From: Candidatus Methylomirabilales bacterium
Lineage (GTDB): Bacteria; Methylomirabilota; Methylomirabilia; Methylomirabilales; CSP1-5
Direction of reading: 5' to 3'
NCBI GenBank assembly: GCA_046758505.1
Contig: JBHIAH010000008.1
Span: 1-61,887, forward strand
Length of the DNA: 61,887 nucleotides
Shown: in pieces, positions 31,649-42,043 of the stretch
Numbering within the stretch: the stretch's first letter is position 1
How the letters are laid out: each line of letters begins with the position of its first letter
The notes under the pieces: generated by a model
The model's input: the letters and a program-made list of their open reading frames with translations, nothing else
Told to the model about the DNA's origin: nothing
Database searches by the model: none
Program-made: the position numbers and the translations under genes

Positions 31649-32808
31649 TGCTCGCTCCTCCCACCTGTGGAATTCGAGGACCGCACCGCCGTCCTCATCA
31701 TGCCGACAACCTCGGCCAGGGCCTGAATAGCCCGGGCGTTTTCCCGCGGCGTTCCCACGGTCACACGGATCTGCGTCGGAAGACCATACGCCTCCATGGA
31801 CCGGACGATGACCCCCTTGCGGAGGAGGGCGTCGGCGACCGCCTTCCCTTCAACCTCGACGTCTACCAAAACGAAGTTGGTCACACTCGGAACATGGGAA
31901 AGCCCCAGTTCGTCCAAGCTGGACTGGAGGCTCCGCCGGCCTGCCTCGGTGATCCGGAGCGTTTCCTCGAGGTGGGCCGTATCCTCGAGGGCAGCCAGGG
32001 CTGCCGTCTGCGCCAATGCGTTCACGTTAAAGGGCTGCCGCACGCGGTTCAGAATCGCCACCATCTCGGCGGGGGCAATCCCGTACCCGATCCGAAGTCC
32101 CGCGAGGCCGTACGCCTTTGAAAAGGTCCGGAGTGTCAGGACATAGCGTCCATCCCGGATATGCCGAAGGACATCCGGCCGAAGATACCGGGGGACATAC
32201 TCCCGGTATGCCTCATCGACCACCAGGATGACATCGGCGCACAGCTCGCGCACAAAATCATGTAGGTGTGCGGGAGAGACGCAGGTCCCCGTCGGATTAT
32301 TTGGGTTGCCGAGAAAGACCATCTTGGTCCGATTGGAAACCGCCTGCCGCATCCCACGGAGATCGTGCGTAAAATCCTTGAGGTGAACTTCCCGGATCCG
32401 ACCTCCCACTGCCTGGCACACACTCCGATACACGAGAAAGGCCGGGTGACCCATTACCACCTCATCACCGGGTCCCAGAAAGGCTCGGGTGACGAGCTCG
32501 AGCAGCTCATTGCTTCCGTTGCCGAAACAGAGTTCCTCAGGGCGTACGCCGAGCCGCCGACTCAGTCCCTGGCGCAACGCGCGGCAGCCCCCATCCGGGT
32601 ACCGATGCAGTCCGCCCAGGGCCTCCCGAATGGCCTGGAGGGCTCTTGGGGAGGGGCCCAGGGGATTCTCGTTCGAGGCGAGCTTGAGCACGTCATCGAG
32701 CCCGAGCTCTCGCTGCACGTCCTCGATCGGTTTGCCGGCGCTATACGGAATGAGCCGGAGCATCTGCGGCTGCGCTAACTCCTCGAGCGATTTGACGTCT
32801 CGCTTCAC
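31645..32808 (-). CDS. hisC: histidinol-phosphate/aromatic aminotransferase
   Basis: KLASNENP, NPNNPTG, DEAY, RTFSKAYGLAGLRIGY. Confidence 0.94.
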   Translation of the reverse strand: MKRDVKSLEELAQPQMLRLIPYSAGKPIEDVQRELGLDDVLKLASNENPLGPSPRALQAIREALGGLHRYPDGGCRALRQGLSRRLGVRPEELCFGNGSNELLELVTRAFLGPGDEVVMGHPAFLVYRSVCQAVGGRIREVHLKDFTHDLRGMRQAVSNRTKMVFLGNPNNPTGTCVSPAHLHDFVRELCADVILVVDEAYREYVPRYLRPDVLRHIRDGRYVLTLRTFSKAYGLAGLRIGYGIAPAEMVAILNRVRQPFNVNALAQTAALAALEDTAHLEETLRITEAGRRSLQSSLDELGLSHVPSVTNFVLVDVEVEGKAVADALLRKGVIVRSMEAYGLPTQIRVTVGTPRENARAIQALAEVVGMMRTAVRSSNSTGGRSEQ

Positions 32809-32890
32809 CGTTCACCGTCTCCTGAGACTGTTCACAGTTCAAGGTTCATGGCTCATAGCTCTTAAAAATTCGAATCCCGAAATTGCAACT
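32803..32890. repeat. 7-nt periodic array between pheA and hisC
   Basis: GTTCA 32810, 32830, 32837, 32844; GCTCA 32851; followed by AAATT/GAAT heptads. Confidence 0.75.
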
Positions 32891-32920
32891 ACCCGCGATC
32901 ATCGGTCGTCGATTCCGGGC

Positions 32921-34000
32921 TCAGCTCTTGGCCCGAAGGGGTTCCTTGGGGTAAGAGCCCAAGACCTTGAGAAAGAGGCAGTCCTCCCGAAGCGCCTCCA
33001 GGGCAGCCTTCACCGGCGCATCGTCGGCATGCCCCTCAAGGTCTACATAGAAGATATATTCCCAGACTCGGTACCGTGAGGGCCGTGACTCGATCTTCGT
33101 CAAATTGATTTGGTTCTGGGCAAAGGGCTCCAGCATGCGATACAGTGCCCCGACCCGGTCCCGGATGGTGAACAGGATGGAGGTCTTGTCGTGGCCGCTC
33201 GCGACACACGGCGCCTGGCCGATCACGAGGAACCGTGTGAAATTGTACGGACTATCCTCAATGCGCGAGGCGACCACCTCGAGATCGTAGAGGCGGCTCG
33301 CCAGCTCAGACGCGATAGCCCCTGCCGTCTCATCCTGAGAGGCCAGCTCCGCCGCCGTCGCCGTCGAGGAAACTTCGAGGAGGGCGATCTTCGGCATGTT
33401 GGCCTCCAGCCATCTTCGAGATTGGGCGATGGCGTGAGGGTGGGAGTAGATCTTGACAATCCGCCCCTTCTCTCCATGTTTCGAGAGGAGGTGATGCGAA
33501 ACCTCCATCAAGATCTCACCGCAAATCTTCAGATCGGAGTCGACAAACATGTCGAGGGTATGACTGACGACACCCTCGGTCGAGTTCTCGACCGGTACGA
33601 CCCCATAATCCGCCTTCGCCTTTTCGACTTCGCTGAAGACCTCTCCAATCCCTCGCAGCGGGATATATTCCGCCAGCAGGCCGAATCGCTTCATGCACGC
33701 CATATGAGTGAAAGTCGCCTGCGGCCCGAGGTAGGCCACCTTGAGCGCCTGCTCGAGCGACAGGCAAGCCGACAGGATCTCCCGGTAGACCCCCTTGACC
33801 GCCCTTTCGGGAAAAGGTCCCCGATTCTCCCGCGTGAGCCGATCGATGATCTCTTCCTCGCGTTGAGGGGAATGGTACGCAATATTCCCCTTGGTTTTTT
33901 CTTCACCGACCCGCACAGCGATCTCGGCTCGGCGATTTAGGAGTTCAAGGATCTGGTTGTCAAGGGCATCGATCTGCCGTCGAAAATCTTCAATTCCCAT
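32921..34000 (-). CDS. pheA: chorismate mutase/prephenate dehydratase (P-protein)
   Basis: RRQIDALD CM domain, PVENSTEG, NFTRF, INLTKIESRP ACT domain; ATG at 34000. Confidence 0.95.
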   Translation of the reverse strand: MGIEDFRRQIDALDNQILELLNRRAEIAVRVGEEKTKGNIAYHSPQREEEIIDRLTRENRGPFPERAVKGVYREILSACLSLEQALKVAYLGPQATFTHMACMKRFGLLAEYIPLRGIGEVFSEVEKAKADYGVVPVENSTEGVVSHTLDMFVDSDLKICGEILMEVSHHLLSKHGEKGRIVKIYSHPHAIAQSRRWLEANMPKIALLEVSSTATAAELASQDETAGAIASELASRLYDLEVVASRIEDSPYNFTRFLVIGQAPCVASGHDKTSILFTIRDRVGALYRMLEPFAQNQINLTKIESRPSRYRVWEYIFYVDLEGHADDAPVKAALEALREDCLFLKVLGSYPKEPLRAKS

Positions 34001-34056
34001 GGCCGTTACCTTTGACGTACCCGCCCCGGCTGCACCCATTGCCGCGGCCGTTCCCG

Positions 34057-34629
34057 TCACGAATTTTCCGTGTTCGTCTCCGCGGTCGCATTCGCCTCCT
34101 GCCGCGCAGGGGCGAGGACCTCGATTTCCTGGGGTGAGGGGAGGTCCGTAATATCGTGAAAGCCAAAATATTCCAAAAAGGTCCGCGTCGTTCCATAGAG
34201 AAGTGGCCTCCCCACCTCTCGCTTTCGCCCAAGGACCCGGATAAGCCCTCGTTCCATGAGGGTCTTCAGGACCCCATCTACCAACACGCCCCGCACGACT
34301 TCGACCTCGGCCTTCGTGATCGGTTGCCGGTAGGCAATAATGGCCAACGTCTCGAGGGCTGGGCGGGAGAGCCTGGCCGGCCGCGTCTTGGCGAGCCGGC
34401 TCAGCCATGGGTGGAGATCGGGTCGGGTCGACATCCGAAAACCCCCGGCGACCTGAATGATCGTCAAGCCTGATCCTTTTGTTTCATAGCGTTCCTGAAG
34501 ATAGTTCAAGTTCTGGATTATGTCAGCCTTCTCCTCCTCACCCAGGATTGCCTCAAGCTGTTCGATCGAGAGCGGATCCGGCGACGCAAAGAGCAACGCC
34601 TCTAAGATCGCCATCGCCTCTTCGCTCAT
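34057..34629 (-). CDS. scpB: segregation and condensation protein B
   Basis: EALLFAS, LSRPALETLAIIAYRQPIT, GRPLLYGTT. Confidence 0.96.
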   Translation of the reverse strand: MSEEAMAILEALLFASPDPLSIEQLEAILGEEEKADIIQNLNYLQERYETKGSGLTIIQVAGGFRMSTRPDLHPWLSRLAKTRPARLSRPALETLAIIAYRQPITKAEVEVVRGVLVDGVLKTLMERGLIRVLGRKREVGRPLLYGTTRTFLEYFGFHDITDLPSPQEIEVLAPARQEANATAETNTENS

Positions 34630-35336
34630 GTCACCGCCCCCAAGATTACGATATCCCCGAAACGAACCCGTTGTTCCACCCGAACTGCCCCACGCCGCAG
34701 CAGCTCCAAGAGCGCCAAGAAGGTAACCACCACGACCCGCCGATTCGGAACCTCAGAAAACAACGCGTGAAAGGTCACGGAGGTCTCACCGGCCAGCCGG
34801 TCGAGGATGGCCACCATTCGCTCTGCCATGGTTACCGGATGCGGAGTAAGTTCCAACACACCTTGGTCGTTCGCGCGCGCCAGGACATCCCGGAAGGCCG
34901 TGAGCAGGTCGAACAGACTGACTTCCAACGTCTCTCCGCCCGCGGGCACGTCGAGAGGCGTCGTACGCAAAAAAAACTGTCGTTGCCGATCCTCCCGCTC
35001 CTGTAAATCCCCGGCGGCTGCCCGAAAGCGCTCGTACTCCAGAAGCATATCGACGAGGGACGTCCGGGGATCTTCCGCGTCGACCTCTTGCCCGTCGGCG
35101 ACAGGTTCCACTGGCAGCAGCATCCTTGACTTGATATACACCAATGTGGCCGCCATCACGAGAAACTCTCCTGCCACCTCAAGATCGAGCTCTTGGAGTA
35201 CCCGCAGGTACTGGAAGTATTCGTCGGTGATCCGCGCGATCGGAATATCGTAAATGTCGATCTGGTTCACGCGGATGAGATGCAGCAGTAAATCGAGCGG
35301 CCCCTCGAATGCCGGCAGCTTTACCTCGTAGACCAT
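34626..35336 (-). CDS. scpA: segregation and condensation protein A (kleisin)
   Basis: FEGPLDLLLHLI, YIKSRMLLP, TFLALLEL; ATG at 35336. Confidence 0.95.
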   Translation of the reverse strand: MVYEVKLPAFEGPLDLLLHLIRVNQIDIYDIPIARITDEYFQYLRVLQELDLEVAGEFLVMAATLVYIKSRMLLPVEPVADGQEVDAEDPRTSLVDMLLEYERFRAAAGDLQEREDRQRQFFLRTTPLDVPAGGETLEVSLFDLLTAFRDVLARANDQGVLELTPHPVTMAERMVAILDRLAGETSVTFHALFSEVPNRRVVVVTFLALLELLRRGAVRVEQRVRFGDIVILGAVT

Positions 35337-35722
35337 GTCCCCTCCTCCGCCAGGACCAGATACGGCAGCATCTGCTGGAGCCGGTTGGGGCCAATCCCGG
35401 GGACGCCCTCCAAATCCGAGACCCGTCGAAAGGGCCCATGGAGCGTGCGAAACTGCACGATCGCATCGGCCAGGGCAGGCCCAATTCCCGGCAGGGTGGC
35501 CAGGCGCTCCGCATCGGCCCGATTCGGATTCACCCGCGCCCGCCTCGCGGGGGAAAATACGCCGGCTTCCGCATGGGGCTGTCCCGTGACCCCTGAACGG
35601 AGCGCAAAGCCCGACCCCTCCTCCACCCTCCCGACGCCTCGGAAAACCACAAGGCTCACGAGGACGAGTAAGAGCAGCCCCCCAAAGGCCGCATCCGCCG
35701 GGGCGAAGCCCCGAAATCTCAT
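35321..35722 (-). CDS. comEA: ComEA-like helix-hairpin-helix DNA-binding protein
   Basis: N-terminal TM, VNPNRA...LPGIGP...VPGIGP tandem HhH motifs. Confidence 0.8.
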   Translation of the reverse strand: MRFRGFAPADAAFGGLLLLVLVSLVVFRGVGRVEEGSGFALRSGVTGQPHAEAGVFSPARRARVNPNRADAERLATLPGIGPALADAIVQFRTLHGPFRRVSDLEGVPGIGPNRLQQMLPYLVLAEEGTWSTR

Positions 35723-36951
35723 CGGTCCCCCATCGGCTGGACCCCCAGCTGAAAGGCATCGTGCAGGACCCGCACCGCCAGCTCCGTGTACTTCTCTTCG
35801 ATCACGCAGGAAACCTTGACCTCCGATGTACTGATCATCATGATGTTGATATTCTCTGCCGCCAGGGCGGCAAACATCTTGGCCGCCACCCCCGAGTGGG
35901 TCCGCATTCCGACCCCTACAATAGATATTTTGGCAATGCGATCGTCCCCCAAGACCTGGTCCGCCCCGATATCTCGCGCGACACCATCGATCAGCTCCAT
36001 CGCCTTCTGAAAATCAGGCCTCGGCACGGTGAAGGAGATGTCGGTGCGCCCATCTTGGCTGATGTTCTGCACAATCATATCCACCACGATCCCCGCCTCC
36101 GCCACTCGGCCAAAGACTTTGGCGGCGATCCCGGGGCGATCAACCACCCGGGTCAGGGTAATTTTGGCCTCGCGCTTGTCAGAGGCAATCCCCGAAACCA
36201 CGACCCTCTCCATGTCTCGATCCTCCTGGACCACCAGGGTCCCTGCGTTCCTGGTGAAGCTTGAGCGCACGTGAATAGACACGTTATAGTTCTTGGCATA
36301 CTCGACCGCGCGCGCCTGGAGCACCTTGGCCCCCAGGCTGGCGATTTCGATCATCTCCTCGTAGGTGATCCGGGGAAGCTTCCGAGCCGTGGGGACCAGA
36401 CCGGGATCTGCGGTGTACACCCCCTCGACATCGGTATAGACCTCGCAGACATCGGCGCGGAGGGCGGCCGCCAGGGCGACGGCGGTGAGATCCGAGCCTC
36501 CGCGGCCGAGGGTGGTGACCTCTTCTTCGGCATTTACCCCTTGAAAGCCGGCCACGATGGCGATCTCGTCTTCGCGAAGTGCCTGCCGGATCCGCTCGAC
36601 GTCAATGTTGAGAATCCGGGCCCGAGTGTGCACGTTATCGGTGAAAATGCGCACTTGGGTCCCGGTGAAGGAGCGGGCCTTCGCGCCAGCCGCCTGGATG
36701 GCCAAGCAGAGCAGGCCGATGGCGACCTGTTCCCCCGTCGCCAGGATGACATCCAGCTCTCGTGCATCAGGAGACTCGGTGACCTGATAGGCCAACTGAA
36801 GGAGGCGATCGGTCTCGCCCGCCATGGCCGAGACCACGGCCACGACGTCATTGCCGGCTGCCTTGACCTCCACGATGCGCCCAGCGACATGCCGCAGCCG
36901 CTCAATATCCCCAACCGAGCTCCCCCCATATTTCTGGACGATCAGGGACAA
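35719..36951 (-). CDS. lysC: aspartate kinase
   Basis: [19 protein letters not shown], two ACT domains, ISTSEVKVS; probable TTG start at 36951. Confidence 0.96.
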   Translation of the reverse strand: MSLIVQKYGGSSVGDIERLRHVAGRIVEVKAAGNDVVAVVSAMAGETDRLLQLAYQVTESPDARELDVILATGEQVAIGLLCLAIQAAGAKARSFTGTQVRIFTDNVHTRARILNIDVERIRQALREDEIAIVAGFQGVNAEEEVTTLGRGGSDLTAVALAAALRADVCEVYTDVEGVYTADPGLVPTARKLPRITYEEMIEIASLGAKVLQARAVEYAKNYNVSIHVRSSFTRNAGTLVVQEDRDMERVVVSGIASDKREAKITLTRVVDRPGIAAKVFGRVAEAGIVVDMIVQNISQDGRTDISFTVPRPDFQKAMELIDGVARDIGADQVLGDDRIAKISIVGVGMRTHSGVAAKMFAALAAENINIMMISTSEVKVSCVIEEKYTELAVRVLHDAFQLGVQPMGDR

Positions 36952-36952
36952 T

Positions 36953-37522
36953 TCATTCCCCCTTCGACCGCACCGTGACTCCGAGGCCGAGTTGCCGCCG
37001 AAACCGGGCGAAGTAGTCGATCCCGGAGACCACACTCAGGAGGAGCGCCACCCCCACCGCTGCTCCGCCCAGGCTGAGCGGGAGGCCGGGAAGCCGCCAA
37101 GTCCCCGGATCGAGGATCAGAAAGATCACCGCAATCACCTCCGCCACCATCTTGTACTTCCCGAGCTGGGAGGCGGCGATAATCAGCCCTTGGGAGGCAG
37201 CGATGCCCCTGAGCCCGGTGATGGCAATATCCCGTCCAATGATGACTGTGGCCACCCAGGCCGCCACCCGCCGAATCTCTACCAGGGAGATGAGCGCCGC
37301 AGCGATTAACAGTTTGTCGGCAATGGGATCCAAGAGCTGCCCCAGGGTGGTTACCTGTCTGCGGCTCCGGGCAATCCGACCGTCCAGCCAGTCGGTAAAG
37401 ACCGCAGCAAGAAAGATCACGGCTGCCGGATAATTCCGGGGCTCAGCGTTGGCGATAAGGAAAATCACAAGGAAAGGGACGAGGAAGATGCGAACCAGGC
37501 TAAGCGTATTCGGCAGATTCAC
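36953..37522 (-). CDS. pgsA: CDP-diacylglycerol--glycerol-3-phosphate 3-phosphatidyltransferase
   Basis: [20 protein letters not shown]...[15 protein letters not shown]; probable GTG at 37522. Confidence 0.88.
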   Translation of the reverse strand: MNLPNTLSLVRIFLVPFLVIFLIANAEPRNYPAAVIFLAAVFTDWLDGRIARSRRQVTTLGQLLDPIADKLLIAAALISLVEIRRVAAWVATVIIGRDIAITGLRGIAASQGLIIAASQLGKYKMVAEVIAVIFLILDPGTWRLPGLPLSLGGAAVGVALLLSVVSGIDYFARFRRQLGLGVTVRSKGE

Positions 37523-37653
37523 TGAAGGCCACCTGGCATTATGCGACCGAGCAAACCACGTTCGTAGCCGGGGCTCTCCTCCGGAGCCGCAGCCCCTTTC
37601 CGATACCGGGAACCCGGGGTCCGGAGGGACCACCCCGATCCATGCTCATCACC

Positions 37654-39561
37654 CTATCCTCGCTGAGAGGATTCCCGGCCAGGACCAAGACGCTCTCGCA
37701 GGTCCCGAACCCGCACCCGAATATCCCGAAACCTTGGCGTTTCGCTGTGGATGGCCAAAAGGGATTCGAGCGCCTTTTTCACATTCCCGAGTGCCTCATA
37801 GGCCGTCGCAAGATCGTAAAGGATGCCCCACCGCTCATCGGTGCCCGCCTCTGTCGTGGCAAGGCCCTTGAGCAGTTCCTCTACCGCCCGCTCTGGCTTC
37901 CCTTTGGCCAGATAGCACACACCCATGAGGCTCGCACATCGCACCCGATACGTGGCATCGTTGGCGGCCAGTCGCAATTCTTCAATGGCCTTATCGTGGA
38001 GCTCCAAGTCCTTATAGGCGATCCCCAGATTGTAATGCGTCTCATAGTCGGTCACATCTAGCTGATCCCGGATCCCCTGCTCGAGCTGGTAGAGCATACC
38101 CTGCACCTCTGGCTCGAGATCCGGCGGCGTGCGGGTTCCTTCCTCGCTCAGCTCCTCACTCAGCTCACCGGCGAGATCCACGTACTCCCCCTCGGAACCT
38201 TTCACCTCCGCCACGTGAAAAATGGATGGCTTCTTGATGTCTGGCGGAAGGACTTCCTCCTTCTTCGGCCTTCCCACCGACCGCTCGATTTCCGCCAAGT
38301 GCTGTTTGGCCAGCGGATGTGCCGGATCCCGAACGAGAATCCGCTGCAAGATCGCCTGGGCCTCCTGGAACATTCCCTGTTCCAGGTAAAATTGTGCCTC
38401 CTGGAGCTCCTCCTCCGACGTCTGCGTCTCAATGAGCCCTCCCGGCTCTGAAGACTCTTCTCCGAGCGTGATCAGGGCCTCAGAACCCTCGGAGGCATCC
38501 AATTCGATGGTTGCCGGCTCGGTCTCCTCACCCGATTCGACCCCTCCCACCATGGAGAGATCTACCTCCACGATCTCCTCCGGGCCCACGCCCTTCTCGG
38601 CCTCGACGGCGGGTTCTTCCCCAGCGAGGCGGTCGTCGGGCAGGGATACGACGACCCCGGGCTCTGCCTCCAACCACCCCCCCACTTCATCAGGTAGCTC
38701 GATGGCCGGTGTCTCCTGCTCAAGAGCCGGTCTCTCTTGTTCGACGACCGGTACCTCCTCCTCGAGAGATGGCGGCTCATCCTGCTCCACGGTAGACCCC
38801 GGCAGGATCTCGAGGGGCGTGGCCTCCACCGCCGTTTCTGTCGGCTCCCCCGGACTCCCCTCCCCGGGGAAGGCGGTCTGCAGTACTTCATCAACCCTCG
38901 CCTCGGCCACGGCAGGGTCAAGCGAATGGAGCCGATCAGTGAAGAATGCTGCATCGGTGTCCCGCCCCTGAGACTTCAAGAGCTCCACCGCCCTTTCGTA
39001 GATGTATCGAGCATCCTCGCCCTGGCCGGCCCCGACGAGGTGCTCTTCCAGGGCCGTGAGCCTGGCCAGCGCCCCCTCCGTCCGCCCGGGCCTGACCAGG
39101 ATCCCCGCAATCTTGGAAAGGGTCAGGCGATTGCCCGGATCCATCCGGAGTACCTTTTCGTAGACATCCAAGACCTCGGCCAAATCCCCCCGCCTGAGAT
39201 AGTAGTTGGCAAGCCCCTCGAACTGAAGCTTGGCTTCCGCGAACAGCCCTTGCTCGGCATACATCTCCGCACAGGCTAGCGAGGCTTCGGTGTGCAGCGG
39301 ATCGATCTTGAGCACCTTCTTATAGACCGCGATGGCGCGCACTGAAAGGCCATCAACCCGGTAGACCTCCCCGAGACGCATGAAGTTCGCGATCGCTTCG
39401 ATCCGATTCCCCGTCCGGGCCAAGAGATCCCCCAGGGCGTTCAGCACGTTACAGTTGTTCGGATCGGCCCGGAGGATCGCCTGGTATTCAGCGATGGCCT
39501 GGTCCAGTTTTCCTTGCTGGACGTACGCAAGGGCGGTTTGAAGGTGCTTTCGCTTCTCCAT
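37654..39561 (-). CDS. tetratricopeptide repeat protein with central acidic linker
   Basis: N-terminal TPRs (AIAVYKKVLKIDP), Glu-rich low-complexity middle, C-terminal TPRs (THYNLGIAYKD). Confidence 0.85.
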   Translation of the reverse strand: MEKRKHLQTALAYVQQGKLDQAIAEYQAILRADPNNCNVLNALGDLLARTGNRIEAIANFMRLGEVYRVDGLSVRAIAVYKKVLKIDPLHTEASLACAEMYAEQGLFAEAKLQFEGLANYYLRRGDLAEVLDVYEKVLRMDPGNRLTLSKIAGILVRPGRTEGALARLTALEEHLVGAGQGEDARYIYERAVELLKSQGRDTDAAFFTDRLHSLDPAVAEARVDEVLQTAFPGEGSPGEPTETAVEATPLEILPGSTVEQDEPPSLEEEVPVVEQERPALEQETPAIELPDEVGGWLEAEPGVVVSLPDDRLAGEEPAVEAEKGVGPEEIVEVDLSMVGGVESGEETEPATIELDASEGSEALITLGEESSEPGGLIETQTSEEELQEAQFYLEQGMFQEAQAILQRILVRDPAHPLAKQHLAEIERSVGRPKKEEVLPPDIKKPSIFHVAEVKGSEGEYVDLAGELSEELSEEGTRTPPDLEPEVQGMLYQLEQGIRDQLDVTDYETHYNLGIAYKDLELHDKAIEELRLAANDATYRVRCASLMGVCYLAKGKPERAVEELLKGLATTEAGTDERWGILYDLATAYEALGNVKKALESLLAIHSETPRFRDIRVRVRDLRERLGPGRESSQRG

Positions 39562-39622
39562 CCTGATCCAATTTCTCCATGAGGGGGCCCTAACCCCCAA
39601 AAATCACACAATCCGCTCGTTT

Positions 39623-39651
39623 ACCGTACCAGAGCAGAACGTCGCTGTCAA
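39623..39651 (-). promoter_or_regulatory. possible sigma70-type promoter for the TPR-pgsA-lysC operon
   Basis: minus strand TTGACA(39651-39646)-N17-TACGGT with TG extension. Confidence 0.45.
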
Positions 39652-39700
39652 GGCGCATTCCTGCTGGCCACACCGCACAGAATGGTATGGGATCGGCGTT

Positions 39701-40519
39701 TTATCGGCGAAGGGTCCATTCCGGGGTTCCGTACCGTTCGACTACGAGCCTCCGGACCAACCTCCACTCTCGCGGTGTCAGCCTACCCGGCTCCAAGGCG
39801 ACGCCTACCCCCTCCTCGAATCCCCCCCGCATCGCCTCGACCATCTCCTCCCAGGAGGGGGACCGGCCGAGAACCACCCTCAGGGCGGTCGCCCGCACCT
39901 CGAGCCCTCTCGCCTGCGGAAAGATGGCGCTCCACACGGGATGATCTATTGCGATCAAGAGGGACCCCTGCTGAAGGAGCGCGCGGTTAAACCGCCATTG
40001 CGCCGACCCGATCAGCTTCCTCCCATCGACGGTCAGCTCGTACCGCCCCGCGGAGAGGAAACAGAGCCCCCTGGCATCCCCCGGGGTGCGATCACCCCGG
40101 CTCAGGTGTGCCGTCACCCCTAAACGTTTCAAGGCGAGGAGGAGGCAGTGGCTGATCCACCGGTAATCTTGCAGGACTCCCCGGCTCCCCCCCGCGATTG
40201 GGAGGGCAAGGCTGTAGGTCAGCTCGTGCTCGTGGAGGAGGGCCCGGCCTCCCGTCAGGCGACGCACCACGACAATTCCTCGCTGACGGCAGGTGGAAAG
40301 GTCCACCTCTCCACGAACGGGTTGACTGTATCCAAGGGAGACGGTGGGGAGAGCCCAGCGGTATACGCGAAGAGTGGGAGGACTCCAGCCTCGGGCGCAC
40401 CCGAGCGCCAGCACTTCATCGATGGCCATGTTGGTTGGGCCGTCTCGGGGCCCATCCGGAATAAAACGCCAGCGGCCTCGCTGATTCCCCTTCCGGGAGA
40501 TGTTCACGCCCTCGGACAT
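39701..40519 (-). CDS. lipoate-protein ligase / octanoyltransferase (LplA/LipM family)
   Basis: NMAIDE, PTLRVY.W..PTVSLG, RRLTGGRALLH, KLIGSAQ. Confidence 0.88.
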   Translation of the reverse strand: MSEGVNISRKGNQRGRWRFIPDGPRDGPTNMAIDEVLALGCARGWSPPTLRVYRWALPTVSLGYSQPVRGEVDLSTCRQRGIVVVRRLTGGRALLHEHELTYSLALPIAGGSRGVLQDYRWISHCLLLALKRLGVTAHLSRGDRTPGDARGLCFLSAGRYELTVDGRKLIGSAQWRFNRALLQQGSLLIAIDHPVWSAIFPQARGLEVRATALRVVLGRSPSWEEMVEAMRGGFEEGVGVALEPGRLTPREWRLVRRLVVERYGTPEWTLRR

Positions 40520-40523
40520 CGAA

Positions 40524-41381
40524 TCATTCTTTATCGATGTCTCGATGCCGCACCGCCACCTCCCGGCCCTCCGCCTGAAACTGGTGGGCCAGATACTCAG
40601 CCGCCGTCACCGACCGGTGACGCCCGCCCGTGCAGCCGAGCGCGACGGTCAGATAGGCCCTCCCCTCCTCGATATAGAAGGGAATGGCAAAACGGAGAAA
40701 CGTCCACAACTGCTCCAGATAGGACCGGCCCCTTGGATCTTCCAGGAGGAACTTGGCCACCTCGGGATCATGACCGGTGAGGGATCGCAACTCCTCCCGG
40801 AAGTGCGGATTGGGAAGACAGCGGAGATCGAAGACGAGGTCGGCCTCGGGGGGAAGGCCGTGCCGGTATCCGAAGGACACCAGGGTAATGGCTGTCTTGC
40901 TACCTGGTCGGTGGTCGCGAAAGGATTTGACCAAGAGCCGTCGGAGGTCATGGATGGTGAGATCGCTCGTGTCGAGCACCATGTCCGCCTGCGTCTTGAG
41001 CTGGGCCATCCGCTGCCGTTCCAAACTGATTCCGTGGAGAACGGAACTCTGCAGCGCCAGCGGATGGGGCCGACGGCTCTCACTGAAGCGCCGGAGCAAG
41101 ACCTGGTCATCCGCCTCCAAGAAGAGGACGCGGACAGAGTGTCCGCGCTGCTTCAGTGTCGCCAGGACCCCCTGAAGCGGCTCCAGAAACTCTCCTTCCC
41201 GAACGTCGATGACGAAGGCAACCCGGTCGATGCGTGGCTCCGAATGGGCGCAGAGGTCCGCGACCGTGGGGATCAGGGAGGCAGGAAGATTGTCAACACA
41301 AAAAACGCCCAGGTCTTCCAGGGTCTTGATCGCCTGGCTCCTTCCAGCACCTGACATCCCCGTAACGATGATGAACTCCAT
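40524..41381 (-). CDS. rapZ: RNase adapter RapZ (YvcJ family P-loop protein)
   Basis: TGMSGAGRS, DNLP, RRFSESRRPHP, GCTGGRHRSV; ATG at 41381. Confidence 0.94.
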   Translation of the reverse strand: MEFIIVTGMSGAGRSQAIKTLEDLGVFCVDNLPASLIPTVADLCAHSEPRIDRVAFVIDVREGEFLEPLQGVLATLKQRGHSVRVLFLEADDQVLLRRFSESRRPHPLALQSSVLHGISLERQRMAQLKTQADMVLDTSDLTIHDLRRLLVKSFRDHRPGSKTAITLVSFGYRHGLPPEADLVFDLRCLPNPHFREELRSLTGHDPEVAKFLLEDPRGRSYLEQLWTFLRFAIPFYIEEGRAYLTVALGCTGGRHRSVTAAEYLAHQFQAEGREVAVRHRDIDKE

Positions 41382-41473
41382 CGCTTCACAGCCGTCGGTT
41401 CGCCGTCCACAGACGGAAACGGGACAATACCAAAGGAGAACCGTCACCCGTGAACGCGAACCGTGAAGGACAC

Positions 41474-41995
41474 CTACCTCTCGGGCTCGATGAGCCCATA
41501 GTTACCCTCGTGGCGTCGATACACCACATTGATCTCATCGGTCTGGGCGTTTCGGAACACATAAAAGGTATGGCCGAGCAGATCCATCTGCAAGATCGCC
41601 TCATCGAGGGACATCGGCTTGATGGCGAAGCGCTTGGTCTTTACCACCCAGGGCCCCTCATCCTCCTCCAGCGGTGCCATCGCGATCTCAGACCTCCCGC
41701 TCCGATTCGCCTGGTGCAGGATCTTCCCCTTGTATCGCTGTAACTGGCGCTCCAACTTCTCAACCACCAAGTCGATAGACGAATACAAATCTGCAGTGCT
41801 TTCCTCCCCCCGAATGGTGAGGTCCCGCACCCGGAGGGTCACCTCGGCGATCTGACGGTATTTCTGGAGGGAGAGGACGATGTGCGCCGACGTGATCTTT
41901 TCGAGGTACTTCTGGAGCCTTCCCACCTTCTCTTCCGCGTACTGCCGGAGAGCCTCGGTCACCTCCAGATTGCGCCCGGTGAGAAAGATCTGCAT
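41474..41995 (-). CDS. hpf: ribosome hibernation promoting factor (long HPF)
   Basis: GRNLEVTEALR, DLYSSID, KPMSLDEA...YRR..GNYGLIE; follows rpoN. Confidence 0.94.
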   Translation of the reverse strand: MQIFLTGRNLEVTEALRQYAEEKVGRLQKYLEKITSAHIVLSLQKYRQIAEVTLRVRDLTIRGEESTADLYSSIDLVVEKLERQLQRYKGKILHQANRSGRSEIAMAPLEEDEGPWVVKTKRFAIKPMSLDEAILQMDLLGHTFYVFRNAQTDEINVVYRRHEGNYGLIEPER

Positions 41996-42043
41996 AGCGA
42001 ACCTCCTCGGGAAAGGGGATGCGGGGAGGGGAGTGGAGAAGAC

